Source: Candidatus Nomurabacteria bacterium | GTDB taxonomy: Bacteria > Patescibacteriota > Patescibacteriia > Magasanikbacterales > UBA922 | Length of the DNA: 64,000 bases | Assembly (NCBI GenBank): GCA_020632445.1 | Contig: JACKFN010000004.1 | Location: 4,952-68,951 of the forward strand | Reading direction: 5' to 3' | Part shown: positions 38,754 to 49,095 of the stretch, in pieces | Position numbering within the stretch: position 1 is the stretch's first letter | Layout: every line of letters starts with the position of its first letter | The notes under the pieces: generated by a model | Databases searched by the model: none | Seen by the model: only the letters and a program-made list of their open reading frames with translations | Told to the model about the DNA's origin: nothing | Program-made: the position numbers and the translations under genes

Positions 38754-41753
38754 ATGTATAAAGCAAACGAATCAGAACAAGAAATACTCAAGTTCTGGGA
38801 TCAAGACAAAACATTTGAGCGCTCGGTAGGTGAGCGTCCAGCAGACAAGCCCTATGTTTTTTATGATGGGCCTCCTTTTGCCACAGGTTTGCCACACTAT
38901 GGTCACATTGTGGCCAGCACCATGAAAGATACGGTTCCACGCTATTGGACAATGAAAGGACATCGCGTCGAGCGCCGTTGGGGGTGGGATTGTCATGGGC
39001 TTCCGATTGAAAATATTGTGGAAAAAGAACTCAATCTTCCTGGAAAAAAGGAAATCGAAAATTTTGGGGTTGCACAGTTTAATGAGGCATGCAGGTCAAA
39101 GGTGCTCATGTACGCCGACGAATGGAAAAAAATCATTCATCGCATTGGGCGTTGGGTTGACATGGAAAATGATTATAAAACCATGGATGTGGATTTCATG
39201 GAGAGCGTGTGGTGGGTATTCAAACAGCTTTGGGATAAAGGATATGTATACGAAGGAAAAAAGCCTATGCATGTTTGTCCTCGATGTGCGACGCCACTCT
39301 CAAACTTTGAAGTCTCTCAAGGGTACAAGGATATCAAGGATATGTCAGTAACAGCAAAGTTTGTGATTAAAGATGCGGAAGAGCAAAAGAAAAAATGGAA
39401 TATTCCAGAAGGTGCCAAAGTATCTCTTTTAGCTTGGACCACAACACCGTGGACTCTTCCCGGAAATATTTTGGTCGCAGTAGGAAACGAGATTGATTAT
39501 GTTGTGGTTCCAGATTTTGTACAAAACGAACAAGGTGTCACATCTCTAGAATTTGTTATTTTGGCAAAAGATATATATCAGCAAGCATCTTTGGAAAAAC
39601 CTGAAAGTATCTTCACCCCCGAGCAACAGAAGCACTTCAAAAATACAGATCCACTGTTAACAATCAAAGGTTCTGATTTAGTTGGTCTTACCTATGAGCC
39701 GTTGTTTCCATACTTTACCCAAATGGAAGGCGCAGAAAATGGATTTCGTGTTTTACATGCAGATTTTGTAAACACTGACGAAGGGACCGGGCTTGTGCAT
39801 TTGGCCCCGGCATTTGGTACGGATGATTATGAAGTATTTCGTCAGGAAAATGTCCCATTTATTCAGCATGTGACGATTGATGGACGTTTTATCGATGAAG
39901 TGACGGATTTTGCTGGTGAAGAAGTCAAAGATCGCGATGATCACATGAAGGCAGATATTGAAATCGTCAAATACTTAGTAGGAAAAGGAACACTTTTTTC
40001 AAAGAAGAAGTATGAACACAGCTATCCTCATTGTTGGCGTTGTGATACTCCACTTTTGAACTATGCCACAAGTAGTTGGTTTGTGGAGGTTACGAAGATA
40101 AAAGATCAACTGCTTAAAAATAATCAGCAAATTAATTGGATTCCGGAGCATATTAAAGATGGCCGGTTTGGTCTGTGGCTTGAGGGTGCGCGCGACTGGG
40201 CCGTGTCGCGAAATCGATATTGGGGAACGCCACTTCCCGTATGGAAAAGCGAAGATGGTGAAGTATTGTGTATCGGAAGTGTCGCTGAGCTCGAGCAGTT
40301 TTCTGGAAAAAAAGTGACGGATCTGCACAAGCACATGATCGACGATATTGTTCTTGAAAAAGATGGAAAGAAGTATCACAAGATTCCCGAAGTCTTTGAT
40401 TGCTGGTTTGAATCTGGATCTATGCCGTATGCGCAGTTTCATTATCCATTTGAGAATAAAGAAAAGGTAGAGCAAGGCTTTCCTGCGCAGTTTATTGCCG
40501 AAGGGCAGGATCAGACGCGTGGGTGGTTTTATACCCTTCATGTTCTGGCAACAGCGCTTACCAGTGGTGAAGACTCTGCCATGCCAATGCAGGAGTCGAG
40601 TGGGGCATTTGCCAATTGTATCGTCAATGGAATGGTGCTTGCAGAAGATGGAAAGAAGATGAGTAAGCGTCTGCAAAATTATCCGGATCCGATGGAAGTG
40701 GTAGGCAAATACGGCGCTGACGCTATGCGATTTTATCTGGTGAGTTCTCCGGTTATGCACTCTGAAAGTTTAAACTTTTCAGAAGATGGTGTTCGTGAAG
40801 TTTTCAATAAACTCTGTAACACACTTTGGAATGTGGTGGAGTTTTATAGCACCTTCCAAAGTGGAAATGTGCAGGATTGGAAAGCTAGCGAGTCTGCGCT
40901 TGATACTTGGATTGTTGCACGATTGCACCAAACCATGCAAGAGGTCACAGAGAATATGGAAGTATACCGATTGGCCGCTGCAAGCCGCCCGCTTGTGGAT
41001 TTTGTACTCGATTTATCACAGTGGTATGTTCGTCGTAGTCGTGATCGGTTTAAGCTCGGTGATGAAGGAGACAAACAGGCTGCTATTAGCACACTTGGAT
41101 ATGTTTTGCGTGAATTTTCCAAGGTGCTAGCACCCTTTGCACCATTTTTGGCAGAAAAAATATGGCAACAAGTGATGCCGGGAGATTCGGTCCATTTACA
41201 AATGTGGCCAGAGTTTGAGGAAAGCAAAGTAGACAGGCAAATGCTCAAAGAAATGGGGCTTGCTCGAAAGGTTGTAGAGATGGGACTTTCAGCGCGTAAA
41301 GAGGCTGGAATAAAGGTTCGCCAGCCACTTGCGTATTTGCGGTATCAGGGTGATGCGTTTTCGCAGCAACTTGAGCAGATTATTGCCGATGAGCTTAATG
41401 TGCTTGAGGTGAAACATACTGAGCAGGTTCGAGAGCAAGATGGTAGGATAACAAGAGGGGACCAAGGTATAAAAGTTGGTCTGAGTGTTGAATTGACCGA
41501 AGAACTTGAAAAAGCTGGATTTGCAAGAGAGCTCGTTCGTGCCATAAACACCATGAGAAAGGAAAAAGGGTATACACTCGAGACGATGATATGTGTGACG
41601 TGGAGCAGTGAGGACGACTTTGTACAGTCAGTGTTTGAAATCCATGGTGAGGAAGTCAAAAGAACAACGCTTACCCGGGAATTTGCTCATGGTGCTGGTG
41701 AAAGCATAGAAATTGATGGAAGGTTGCTGCAACTCTCTGTGGAAAAGGCGTAA
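38754..41753 (+). CDS. ileS: isoleucine--tRNA ligase
   Basis: HYGH (PHYGH), KMSKR (KMSKRLQN), an editing domain, 999 aa. Confidence 0.95.
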   Translation: MYKANESEQEILKFWDQDKTFERSVGERPADKPYVFYDGPPFATGLPHYGHIVASTMKDTVPRYWTMKGHRVERRWGWDCHGLPIENIVEKELNLPGKKEIENFGVAQFNEACRSKVLMYADEWKKIIHRIGRWVDMENDYKTMDVDFMESVWWVFKQLWDKGYVYEGKKPMHVCPRCATPLSNFEVSQGYKDIKDMSVTAKFVIKDAEEQKKKWNIPEGAKVSLLAWTTTPWTLPGNILVAVGNEIDYVVVPDFVQNEQGVTSLEFVILAKDIYQQASLEKPESIFTPEQQKHFKNTDPLLTIKGSDLVGLTYEPLFPYFTQMEGAENGFRVLHADFVNTDEGTGLVHLAPAFGTDDYEVFRQENVPFIQHVTIDGRFIDEVTDFAGEEVKDRDDHMKADIEIVKYLVGKGTLFSKKKYEHSYPHCWRCDTPLLNYATSSWFVEVTKIKDQLLKNNQQINWIPEHIKDGRFGLWLEGARDWAVSRNRYWGTPLPVWKSEDGEVLCIGSVAELEQFSGKKVTDLHKHMIDDIVLEKDGKKYHKIPEVFDCWFESGSMPYAQFHYPFENKEKVEQGFPAQFIAEGQDQTRGWFYTLHVLATALTSGEDSAMPMQESSGAFANCIVNGMVLAEDGKKMSKRLQNYPDPMEVVGKYGADAMRFYLVSSPVMHSESLNFSEDGVREVFNKLCNTLWNVVEFYSTFQSGNVQDWKASESALDTWIVARLHQTMQEVTENMEVYRLAAASRPLVDFVLDLSQWYVRRSRDRFKLGDEGDKQAAISTLGYVLREFSKVLAPFAPFLAEKIWQQVMPGDSVHLQMWPEFEESKVDRQMLKEMGLARKVVEMGLSARKEAGIKVRQPLAYLRYQGDAFSQQLEQIIADELNVLEVKHTEQVREQDGRITRGDQGIKVGLSVELTEELEKAGFARELVRAINTMRKEKGYTLETMICVTWSSEDDFVQSVFEIHGEEVKRTTLTREFAHGAGESIEIDGRLLQLSVEKA

Positions 41754-41768
41754 ACAGATGCACAAAGG

Positions 41769-41798
41769 AAAAAATGCCCTCATTGGGCATTTTTTTTG
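41769..41798 (+). terminator. rho-independent terminator of ileS
   Basis: aaaaaatgccctcattgggcatttttttt. Confidence 0.65.
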
Positions 41799-41817
41799 CT
41801 ATAATATAACAAAATGC

Positions 41818-41846
41818 TTGACAAATGGCGGCATGTGTGGTAAGTT
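41818..41846 (+). promoter_or_regulatory. sigma70-type promoter (TTGACA - 17 nt - TAAGTT, TGTG extended -10)
   Basis: ttgacaaatggcggcatgtgtggtaagtt. Confidence 0.45.
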
Positions 41847-41859
41847 GCACTGTCAGATC

Positions 41860-41900
41860 AAAGGTCTTAGGCAAGGTAAAAAGCCTTGCCTAAGACCTTT
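41860..41900 (+). promoter_or_regulatory. perfect 17-bp stem / 7-nt loop hairpin in the 5' UTR of cassette 41916..42512 (operator or attenuator candidate)
   Basis: aaaggtcttaggcaagg taaaaag ccttgcctaagaccttt, ending 1 nt before the GAGAGGAG Shine-Dalgarno. Confidence 0.5.
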
Positions 41901-41915
41901 GAGAGGAGTGAGAAG

Positions 41916-42512
41916 GTGATAGAAAAGCTGTATACAGCTCGCCGTGTAGCCTTCCACGCGCGGAATGGCTTTACTCAGCGTCAACAAGAGATGCTCGTGC
42001 GGGATGGCTGTGAGCTCCACACGATCAAAGGCGGTCACCAGTTCGTGGTGATGCGCTACGACGTGGGTGAGTACACGGGTCTCCCAGTGTACGAGTTCAT
42101 GAAGGAAATGTCGGATCAAAAGGATGCTTTTTTTTCCGTTCACGTTTTGCCTGTAGAGCTTGATGGGTGGAACCAAGTGGCGGTCATCCCGGCGGGGAGT
42201 GACTACTATGCGTTTCATCTAACTACCATTCGATGGGTGCGGGGAACATACGTGTGCATCCATTTGGGCATCTGTGGAAAAAGTGGTGTGATCGTCCTCA
42301 ACTTGCATCAGCTCGAGCGAGTAGAGCAGATGCAGAAGGTAGAAGGGTTGTCTTTTGACGGGACGATCTATAGAGTTGCTACGCGACACATGCATTTTCC
42401 CGGATTCCGTGAGTTGTCCGAAGATCAACCGGACATGGGAGCCGCAGTGCTTGGATCGCTCAGTGATAGGATCGGTTCGGTACGCGCTCACGAACTGCTC
42501 GTCACTCGCTAA
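41916..42512 (+). CDS. high-GC (about 58%) hypothetical protein (foreign cassette)
   Basis: GTG start 7 nt after GAGAGGAG; no recognisable domain. Confidence 0.5.
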   Translation: MIEKLYTARRVAFHARNGFTQRQQEMLVRDGCELHTIKGGHQFVVMRYDVGEYTGLPVYEFMKEMSDQKDAFFSVHVLPVELDGWNQVAVIPAGSDYYAFHLTTIRWVRGTYVCIHLGICGKSGVIVLNLHQLERVEQMQKVEGLSFDGTIYRVATRHMHFPGFRELSEDQPDMGAAVLGSLSDRIGSVRAHELLVTR

Positions 42513-42686
42513 CAGAATCCCACCAAAAAAGGTAGTCAAAACCCTGCCACAAAGCTACCCTTCAAAAAAATTCCAAAAGTGTATATAATAGCGGTGTTAT
42601 TTGCTGATTGCATCAGAAAAACTGATGCAGCCAGGAAACCACACCAGCGACCGGGGGTCGCACTTGCGCCAGAGGAGGGCGCAACT

Positions 42687-42905
42687 ATGAAGAGGCATTT
42701 CCTGCAGCAGTCGGATCCCAACGGCGACAAGGACCCGCGTACACACGCCAAGCGTGCGTGGGTGGGGCTGACCAACGCCGGTGTTCCCGGTGTTCCCCTC
42801 GACTTCGCGAGCAACCTGCCCCTCGCCATGCACGAGGCGACGGTCGCGGGGCTGCTCACGCCGCGTGTCTTCCACAAGGGCGTGAGCCAGACCGCCAGCT
42901 TCTAG
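42687..42905 (+). CDS. small high-GC (about 65%) hypothetical protein, 72 aa (foreign cassette)
   Basis: Perfect TATAAT at 42584-42589, an 8-bp hairpin at 42609-42629, GAGGAGG 7 nt before the ATG. C-rich tail after the stop. Confidence 0.4.
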   Translation: MKRHFLQQSDPNGDKDPRTHAKRAWVGLTNAGVPGVPLDFASNLPLAMHEATVAGLLTPRVFHKGVSQTASF

Positions 42906-42960
42906 GCCTCCACACAACTCCCCCCTCGCGCCGCCGCGAGAACCCGCCTAGCGCCTCGAC

Positions 42961-43509
42961 TCACCTCGAGGCTTCTCCAACTCCAATGGTTTTTAAAATC
43001 GTATCCACGTGCACGTCATAGGCTTTGCTTGCAGGCAATAGGTGGTACGGTACTTGGTTTTTGAGAAAGAGATGGGCAATGAGTCTATCCATCATATCCC
43101 GGAATTCTTTATCAGTGCTGCGAATTCCATCAGCTTTCGCCTCGATCGAAAGTTTTTTTGTTTTAAAAACATAGTCATAGCTTGCCATATGCTCTGCTGC
43201 TGCGCGCTCAAAGTGCGAGATATCGAGCGGGCTGGTGATTCGGTACATGTAGGCAAAATTATCAAGTGCAGAGCGGTCGGTGATAAACACTTTATCGCTG
43301 TGGTCTATCTCAGTTTCTCGAGAAATTTGGTTGAGCAGAATCCATTTTTGCGCATCGAGAGTCGTCTGCTCATTGATAGGCATTGGGCACACCCTTGCCA
43401 GCTCCTCAAGGACGACAACGTGTTTTCCATGCGTTTCCAGTGCGGCCTGTAGGTGCGTGATGATAGATGTTTTTCCAGTGGAGTGGGTACCAATGATAGC
43501 GATTTTCAT
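42961..43509 (-). CDS. P-loop NTPase (AAA_28 / NadR-like small kinase family)
   Basis: MKIAIIGTHSTGKTS Walker A and DRS…; a GC-neutral native gene. Confidence 0.5.
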   Translation of the reverse strand: MKIAIIGTHSTGKTSIITHLQAALETHGKHVVVLEELARVCPMPINEQTTLDAQKWILLNQISRETEIDHSDKVFITDRSALDNFAYMYRITSPLDISHFERAAAEHMASYDYVFKTKKLSIEAKADGIRSTDKEFRDMMDRLIAHLFLKNQVPYHLLPASKAYDVHVDTILKTIGVGEASR

Positions 43510-43612
43510 GGAGAAGGGGTTGTTCAGGTCGATAATTGCCACAAGTATAGCATTTGACTCAAAGGCAAAGCAAACGTACAATAGGTATACTTATGTAGAT
43601 AAATTTTTGTAT

Positions 43613-45094
43613 ATGATTTCGTACAAAATCAAACAGCAAATCGAAAAGACAGATCTTTTGGTTTTGCCAATTTTTGAAGCAAAAAAGTTTTCAGGTCTGG
43701 CGAAGATGATTGATGAGCAGCTTAGTGGTCAGATAACCAAACTGTATGAAAGCAAGGAGTTTGAAGCAAAGCTCAAGCAAACAGCGCTCCTGTACACACA
43801 GGGTCAGGCCTACCAGCGGGTTTTGCTCATTGGATGTGGTGATATAAAGAATGTGAACAGCCGTCATCTCAAGCAGGTTCTTGGAATGGCGACCTTGCAG
43901 GCGCAGTCAAAAAAGATCAAAAAGTTGGAATTGGCACTTCCAAAAGAACTTTTCAAAAAGTTTGACCCTCAGATTCTCGGACAAGATATTTCGGCAGGTA
44001 TTGGAATGTCTGATTATGCCTTTGATACCTACAGAGAAAAGGATGCGAGAGTCGTTCACATATCGAGAGTTACACTTGTCACTGATTGCGACACCAAACA
44101 AAAAAAGGCTTTGGAAAAGGGATTGGAGGCTGGAGACAAAATTGCCCAGGCAGCCAACTTTATGCGTGAGCTTGGGAATACTCCTCCATCTGACATGACC
44201 CCAACCAGGCTTGGAAAGGAAGCTCAAACCATGGGACAGCTTCACAAAAATCTCAAGATCAAAGTGCTTGGACAGACCGAAATCGAAAAACTTAAAATGG
44301 GATCATTTCTTGCGGTGGCAAAGGGATCACACGAGGAGCCAAAGTTTATCATCATGGAGTTCATGAACGGAAAAAAGGGTGATAAACCAACCGTTTTAGT
44401 GGGAAAGGGTATCACCTTTGATTCTGGTGGACTTTCTATCAAGCCGGCGAATTTTATGAGCGACATGAAGTTTGATATGCTCGGAGCCGCCACGGTAATC
44501 GGATGTATGAATGCTCTTGCGAGGCTTGATGTCAAAAAGAATGTCGTTGGTCTGGTGCCAGCGTGTGAAAACATGCCAGGAGGAAGAGCCTATAGACCGG
44601 ATGACATCCTTACGGCTATGAATGGGAAGACTATTGAAGTCAAAAACACTGATGCCGAAGGGAGACTGATTTTGTGTGATGCTCTGTGCTATGCGAGTCG
44701 TTATGAGCCAAAGGAAGTGATTGATTTTGCAACACTTACCGGCGCTTGCGTTGTCGCGATTGGTGAAGAGCGTTGTGGACTTTTTTCAAAAGAAGAAAAA
44801 ATGGTGAGTGGACTGCTTGCAAGTGCTGAAAAAACCGGTGAACTTCTCTGGAGACTCCCATTAGGAGAAGAGTATAGTGAAATGATGAAGTCCATGGTGG
44901 CTGATTATAGCAATATCAGTGCTTCTCGCTACGCCGGTGCGAGTACTGCCGCTGCATTTTTGGAATTCTTCACAGACTATCCATGGGCTCACATTGATCT
45001 GTCGGGCTCATACACTTCCGGAAAGTCACATCCTTGGATGCACGTGGGAGCGAATGGATTTGGCGTACAGACTGTCGTTGATTATCTAGCATAA
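43613..45094 (+). CDS. pepA: leucyl aminopeptidase (M17)
   Basis: NTDAEGRLILCDAL, GKGITFDSGG, VGLVPACENM. Confidence 0.85.
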   Translation: MISYKIKQQIEKTDLLVLPIFEAKKFSGLAKMIDEQLSGQITKLYESKEFEAKLKQTALLYTQGQAYQRVLLIGCGDIKNVNSRHLKQVLGMATLQAQSKKIKKLELALPKELFKKFDPQILGQDISAGIGMSDYAFDTYREKDARVVHISRVTLVTDCDTKQKKALEKGLEAGDKIAQAANFMRELGNTPPSDMTPTRLGKEAQTMGQLHKNLKIKVLGQTEIEKLKMGSFLAVAKGSHEEPKFIIMEFMNGKKGDKPTVLVGKGITFDSGGLSIKPANFMSDMKFDMLGAATVIGCMNALARLDVKKNVVGLVPACENMPGGRAYRPDDILTAMNGKTIEVKNTDAEGRLILCDALCYASRYEPKEVIDFATLTGACVVAIGEERCGLFSKEEKMVSGLLASAEKTGELLWRLPLGEEYSEMMKSMVADYSNISASRYAGASTAAAFLEFFTDYPWAHIDLSGSYTSGKSHPWMHVGANGFGVQTVVDYLA

Positions 45095-45100
45095 AAAATT

Positions 45101-45478
45101 ATGATTCTTGAAATGGAGCATCCTGAAAGGGCAAAACAAAATCGTCTGAGTCAGTGCAAGGACCTTCAGGCAGGATTTGTGACCGGAGAGGTTATGAAAA
45201 ATGATGAAAAGCTTGCCGGTGCGCTCGAGAGTGTGCAACAAATGTTGAGTACCCTTCCTGATGCATCGACTTTGACAGATATTGGTGATGAGGAGCGGTT
45301 TGTTTTTGAAGACTTTGTACAGATTGTTGGGGATCATATTCGGGATATTGCTATGGGTAATGGAGGACAGAGTTTAAAAAATATTGAGACGGCGAGGGCG
45401 TTATGGCAAGAGCTTGCCATGCTGCAAGATGCGTATGATGATGCGGAAGTAAGTGACGATGTTAAAGACGCAGCTTAG
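45101..45478 (+). CDS. hypothetical acidic protein
   Basis: Native composition, no recognisable domain. Confidence 0.35.
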   Translation: MILEMEHPERAKQNRLSQCKDLQAGFVTGEVMKNDEKLAGALESVQQMLSTLPDASTLTDIGDEERFVFEDFVQIVGDHIRDIAMGNGGQSLKNIETARALWQELAMLQDAYDDAEVSDDVKDAA

Positions 45479-45480
45479 AT

Positions 45481-46056
45481 ATGATTGCTTTTATTCAAGG
45501 AACGGTACAGGAAAAGGGCAAAGAGAGTATATTGATCCTTACTAATTCTGGAGTTGGCTATGCTATCTTTATGTCGGTGCTCGATGTCGCTCAGATAGAA
45601 AAAGGAAGCACTGTTTCTCTCTATACGCATTTGAAGGTTTCAGAAAATGACATGCAGCTGTTTGGGTTTACAAGCTTTCAGCAGCAGGCATTTTTTGAGC
45701 TTCTTCTTTCCGTGAAGGGGGTTGGTCCAAAGGCGGCGCTGCGAATTTTGTCACTAGGATCACTCGAAGAAATACAAGGCGCCATTGCTCGCTCGGACGT
45801 CAAATATCTCACTGCGGTTCAAGGTATGGGGGGGAAGACGGCCGAACGGCTCGTGGTAGAATTGAAGTCAAAAGTTGGAGTGCTCGCTCAGTCGCATGAT
45901 GTGGATATCGATAGTGAAGCTATGGGAGAAGCTTTTGAAGCTTTGGTGAGTTTGGGGTATAATGGGAATGAGGTCCGTGAAGTTCTCAAGTCTCTTGATT
46001 TTTCACAAACTTCTGCGCATCTTATCAAACAAGCTCTCAAGCAATTGGGGCGTTAA
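45481..46056 (+). CDS. ruvA: Holliday junction branch migration complex subunit RuvA
   Basis: MIAFIQGTV…, HhH GVGPKAALRIL, and a C-terminal domain III. Confidence 0.85.
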   Translation: MIAFIQGTVQEKGKESILILTNSGVGYAIFMSVLDVAQIEKGSTVSLYTHLKVSENDMQLFGFTSFQQQAFFELLLSVKGVGPKAALRILSLGSLEEIQGAIARSDVKYLTAVQGMGGKTAERLVVELKSKVGVLAQSHDVDIDSEAMGEAFEALVSLGYNGNEVREVLKSLDFSQTSAHLIKQALKQLGR

Positions 46057-46065
46057 TACACACAC

Positions 46066-46549
46066 TATGGGACTACGCAAATGGTTTGGAAGAGAAAAAT
46101 CGCAAGTAAGTACACAAGAAACAGGGACCAGGTCACCAGAGCAAAGAGCGGGAATAGAATCTTCGCATTTTCCGTCAAATGAGTCTCCTTCATCAGCCCA
46201 GGTTATAGAGCAAGAGTATGGTGGATACAATCCAGAATCTGCAGCAGAGGGTATGGGCGCTGTAAGTGACGGACTTGAGCATGGGCAGTTTATGGTGCCA
46301 AATCCAGAAAAGAACGCCGAGAATCCATTTTTTTGGAAAGGGGTGGCTGCATCGCTTCAGACAGAAGGAATCTATGGAAATGGTGAGGCAGCACGGCTTG
46401 CGGTTGAAATTAATGGAATGGTAAACCAAGCCCAAAATAGAGATGGGGTAAAAACGGACGGAGCGAAAGTAGATTTTTCTGGACTTGATCAGCGAGTAGG
46501 TGAGGTACTCATGCATTCCGACACTGGTGGTTTAGAGAAAGTAGCATAA
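46066..46549 (+). CDS. hypothetical protein
   Basis: Ser/Glu-rich N-terminus; followed by the terminator at 46553-46590. Confidence 0.35.
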
Positions 46550-46552
46550 GAG

Positions 46553-46590
46553 AATTAAAAAAAAACCGGCACTCGCCGGTTTTTTTTATT
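46553..46590. terminator. bidirectional rho-independent terminator
   Basis: aaaaaaaaaccggcactcgccggtttttttt. Confidence 0.65.
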
Positions 46591-46600
46591 TCTCTCTGTT

Positions 46601-49081
46601 TTAGAGCAGTGCAATCGTTACCACTGCATCACTCTGAGCCTTGAATCTCATGATTCGAACCCCCTGCGTAGCGCGTCCGAGGGTAGAGACGCTATTAAGT
46701 GTTATGCGAACAACCTGACCTTTTTTGGAGATCATCATGATGTCTTTTTCTACGGTATTGTTGACGACGTTGGCGCTGACGATCTTTCCGGTTTTGTCGG
46801 TGATGTTCATGGTTTTGATACCACTTCCACCACGTCCTTGCACCTTGTATTCATTGAGGAGCGTTCGTTTTCCCAGACCATTTTCTGAGACAACGAGGAG
46901 CTCAAGAACCTTTTTGGAAATAAGTGACGGAGGAACTATGGCCATGCCAACGATCTTATCACTTGATTTCATCTTCATTCCTTTGACTCCTGATGCCGTT
47001 CTTCCCATGGCGCGTACTCCAGATTCTTTGAAGCGGATGGCTTGCCCCTGGGAAGTAATGAGCATGATGTCGTCGGTTCCAGTAGATGGTCGTACCCACT
47101 CGAGCTTGTCGTCATTTTTGAGTTTGAGGGCAATCAGTCCGGATCTTCGAACATTCGCAAAGTCTTCGAGCTTGGTTTTTTTGATGATACCGCTCTGGGT
47201 AACCATGACGAGGAATTTGTACTTAGAGACATCGTCCATAGAGAGCACTGACGATACATCCTCGTTTGGCGCAAGCTGCAGAAAGTTTACCAGTGCCTGC
47301 CCTTTTGCCGTGCGGCTTGCCACCGGGATGTCATAAGCTTTAAGTTGGAAAACTCGACCACGAGTGGTGAAGAACAGCATATTGTCATGCGTGTTGGTGG
47401 AGATGATCCGCTCGATGACATCTTCTTCTTTGGTGGTAAGTCCAATCACTCCTTTTCCACCGCGATTTTGTGTTTTGAAGGTGTCGACAGGCATACGTTT
47501 GATGTAGCCATCACGGGTCACAAAGATGATCGTTGGTTCATTGGGAATGAGATCTTCGGTAGAAAAGTCTTTGACTCCATGCGCAATGATCTTAGTTCGT
47601 CTCTCGTCAGCGTGTTTTTCACGGATTTCCTTGACTTCTGTTTTAATGAGTGAAAGAATTTTCTTTTCACTTCCGAGAAGTTCTTCGAGCTGCTTGATGA
47701 TAGCATGTTTTTCTTTGAGTTCGTCTTCGAGTTTTTTGCGCTCCATATTAGCAAGCTGCTGCAAACGCATTTCCAGGATTGCTTGGGCTTGTCTCTCGGT
47801 AAACTTGAATTTTTTCATCAGGTTTTCCTTGGCAACGTCTTTGTCCTTTGATTTTCTGATGGTATCAATAATGGCATCAATTTTGTCGAGTGCTTTTTTG
47901 AGACCTTCGAGGATGTGAGCTCGATCTTTTGCCTTATTCAAATCAAATTGCGCCCTGCGACGAACGACCTCTTGTCTGTGCTTGATAAACTCTTCCAGTA
48001 CGGTTTTGAGATTGAGGAGTCGTGGTTGGATACCATCAACCAGCGCAATAAGGTTGACATGGTAGGTGGTTTGCAAATCGGTAAGTTTGAAAAGACGATT
48101 GAGGACCTTTTTTGGGTAGGCGTCTTTTTTCAGCTCAATAACGACACGAACACCGTCTTTGTTGGATTCGTCGCGTAGGTCTTTGATACCATCGAGCTTT
48201 TTTTCTTGTACGAGGCTTGCGATTTTTTCAATGAGTTTGGCTTTGTTTACTTGGTAAGGTACCTCTGAGACGACAATTTTGAATTTGTCACCGGCGTCTT
48301 CTTGGATGTCGGTTTTGGCGCGAAGGACAATACCTCCACGACCCGTGGCATAGGCCTGGAGAATATCTTTTTTGTTGTAAATGATTCCTCCTGTTGGGAA
48401 ATCCGGCCCTTTGATGAATTCTGTTAGGTCTTCGACACTGCAACTTGGTTTTTCTATGAGGTGTTCTACGGCATCACAGATTTCTCCAAGGTTGTGTGGA
48501 GGAATATTGGTAGCCATACCGACCGCAATACCCATTTGACCGTTCAGTAAGAGGTTCGGAAGTTTGGATGGCAGTACGCGAGGTTCTTTTTGTGATCCAT
48601 CGTAGTTTGGAACAAGATCAACGGTGTCTTTTTCAATGTCTGAAAGCATCTCAACCGAAATACTTTTGAGTTTAGCTTCGGTGTAACGCATGGCAGCGGC
48701 AGAATCTCCATCCATTGAACCAAAGTTTCCCTGACCGTGTACAAGTGGAGTGCGCATGGAAAAATCTTGCGCCATACGGACCATGGAATCATAGATCGCC
48801 GCATCACCATGAGGATGGTATTTACCCATAACGTCACCAACAACACGTGCAGATTTGAGAAACTTTGAGTTAGGACGAAGTCCAAGGTTCCACATGGCAT
48901 AGAGGATGCGTCTATGGACGGGTTTGAGCCCGTCTCGGACATCTGGAAGTGCACGTGCAACAATAACACTCATGGCATAATCCAAATATGATGTGCGCAT
49001 TTCATCGACAATACGAATCGGTTCAACTCGGTCGACGATCTTCGGGAGGTTTTCTTCTTTTTCAGTTTTCTTTTTTGGCAT
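46601..49081 (-). CDS. gyrA: DNA gyrase subunit A
   Basis: AMRYTE (YTEAKL) active-site Tyr region, GyrA-box QRRGGKG-like, 826 aa. Confidence 0.95.
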   Translation of the reverse strand: MPKKKTEKEENLPKIVDRVEPIRIVDEMRTSYLDYAMSVIVARALPDVRDGLKPVHRRILYAMWNLGLRPNSKFLKSARVVGDVMGKYHPHGDAAIYDSMVRMAQDFSMRTPLVHGQGNFGSMDGDSAAAMRYTEAKLKSISVEMLSDIEKDTVDLVPNYDGSQKEPRVLPSKLPNLLLNGQMGIAVGMATNIPPHNLGEICDAVEHLIEKPSCSVEDLTEFIKGPDFPTGGIIYNKKDILQAYATGRGGIVLRAKTDIQEDAGDKFKIVVSEVPYQVNKAKLIEKIASLVQEKKLDGIKDLRDESNKDGVRVVIELKKDAYPKKVLNRLFKLTDLQTTYHVNLIALVDGIQPRLLNLKTVLEEFIKHRQEVVRRRAQFDLNKAKDRAHILEGLKKALDKIDAIIDTIRKSKDKDVAKENLMKKFKFTERQAQAILEMRLQQLANMERKKLEDELKEKHAIIKQLEELLGSEKKILSLIKTEVKEIREKHADERRTKIIAHGVKDFSTEDLIPNEPTIIFVTRDGYIKRMPVDTFKTQNRGGKGVIGLTTKEEDVIERIISTNTHDNMLFFTTRGRVFQLKAYDIPVASRTAKGQALVNFLQLAPNEDVSSVLSMDDVSKYKFLVMVTQSGIIKKTKLEDFANVRRSGLIALKLKNDDKLEWVRPSTGTDDIMLITSQGQAIRFKESGVRAMGRTASGVKGMKMKSSDKIVGMAIVPPSLISKKVLELLVVSENGLGKRTLLNEYKVQGRGGSGIKTMNITDKTGKIVSANVVNNTVEKDIMMISKKGQVVRITLNSVSTLGRATQGVRIMRFKAQSDAVVTIALL

Positions 49082-49095
49082 AAAAAACGATTATG

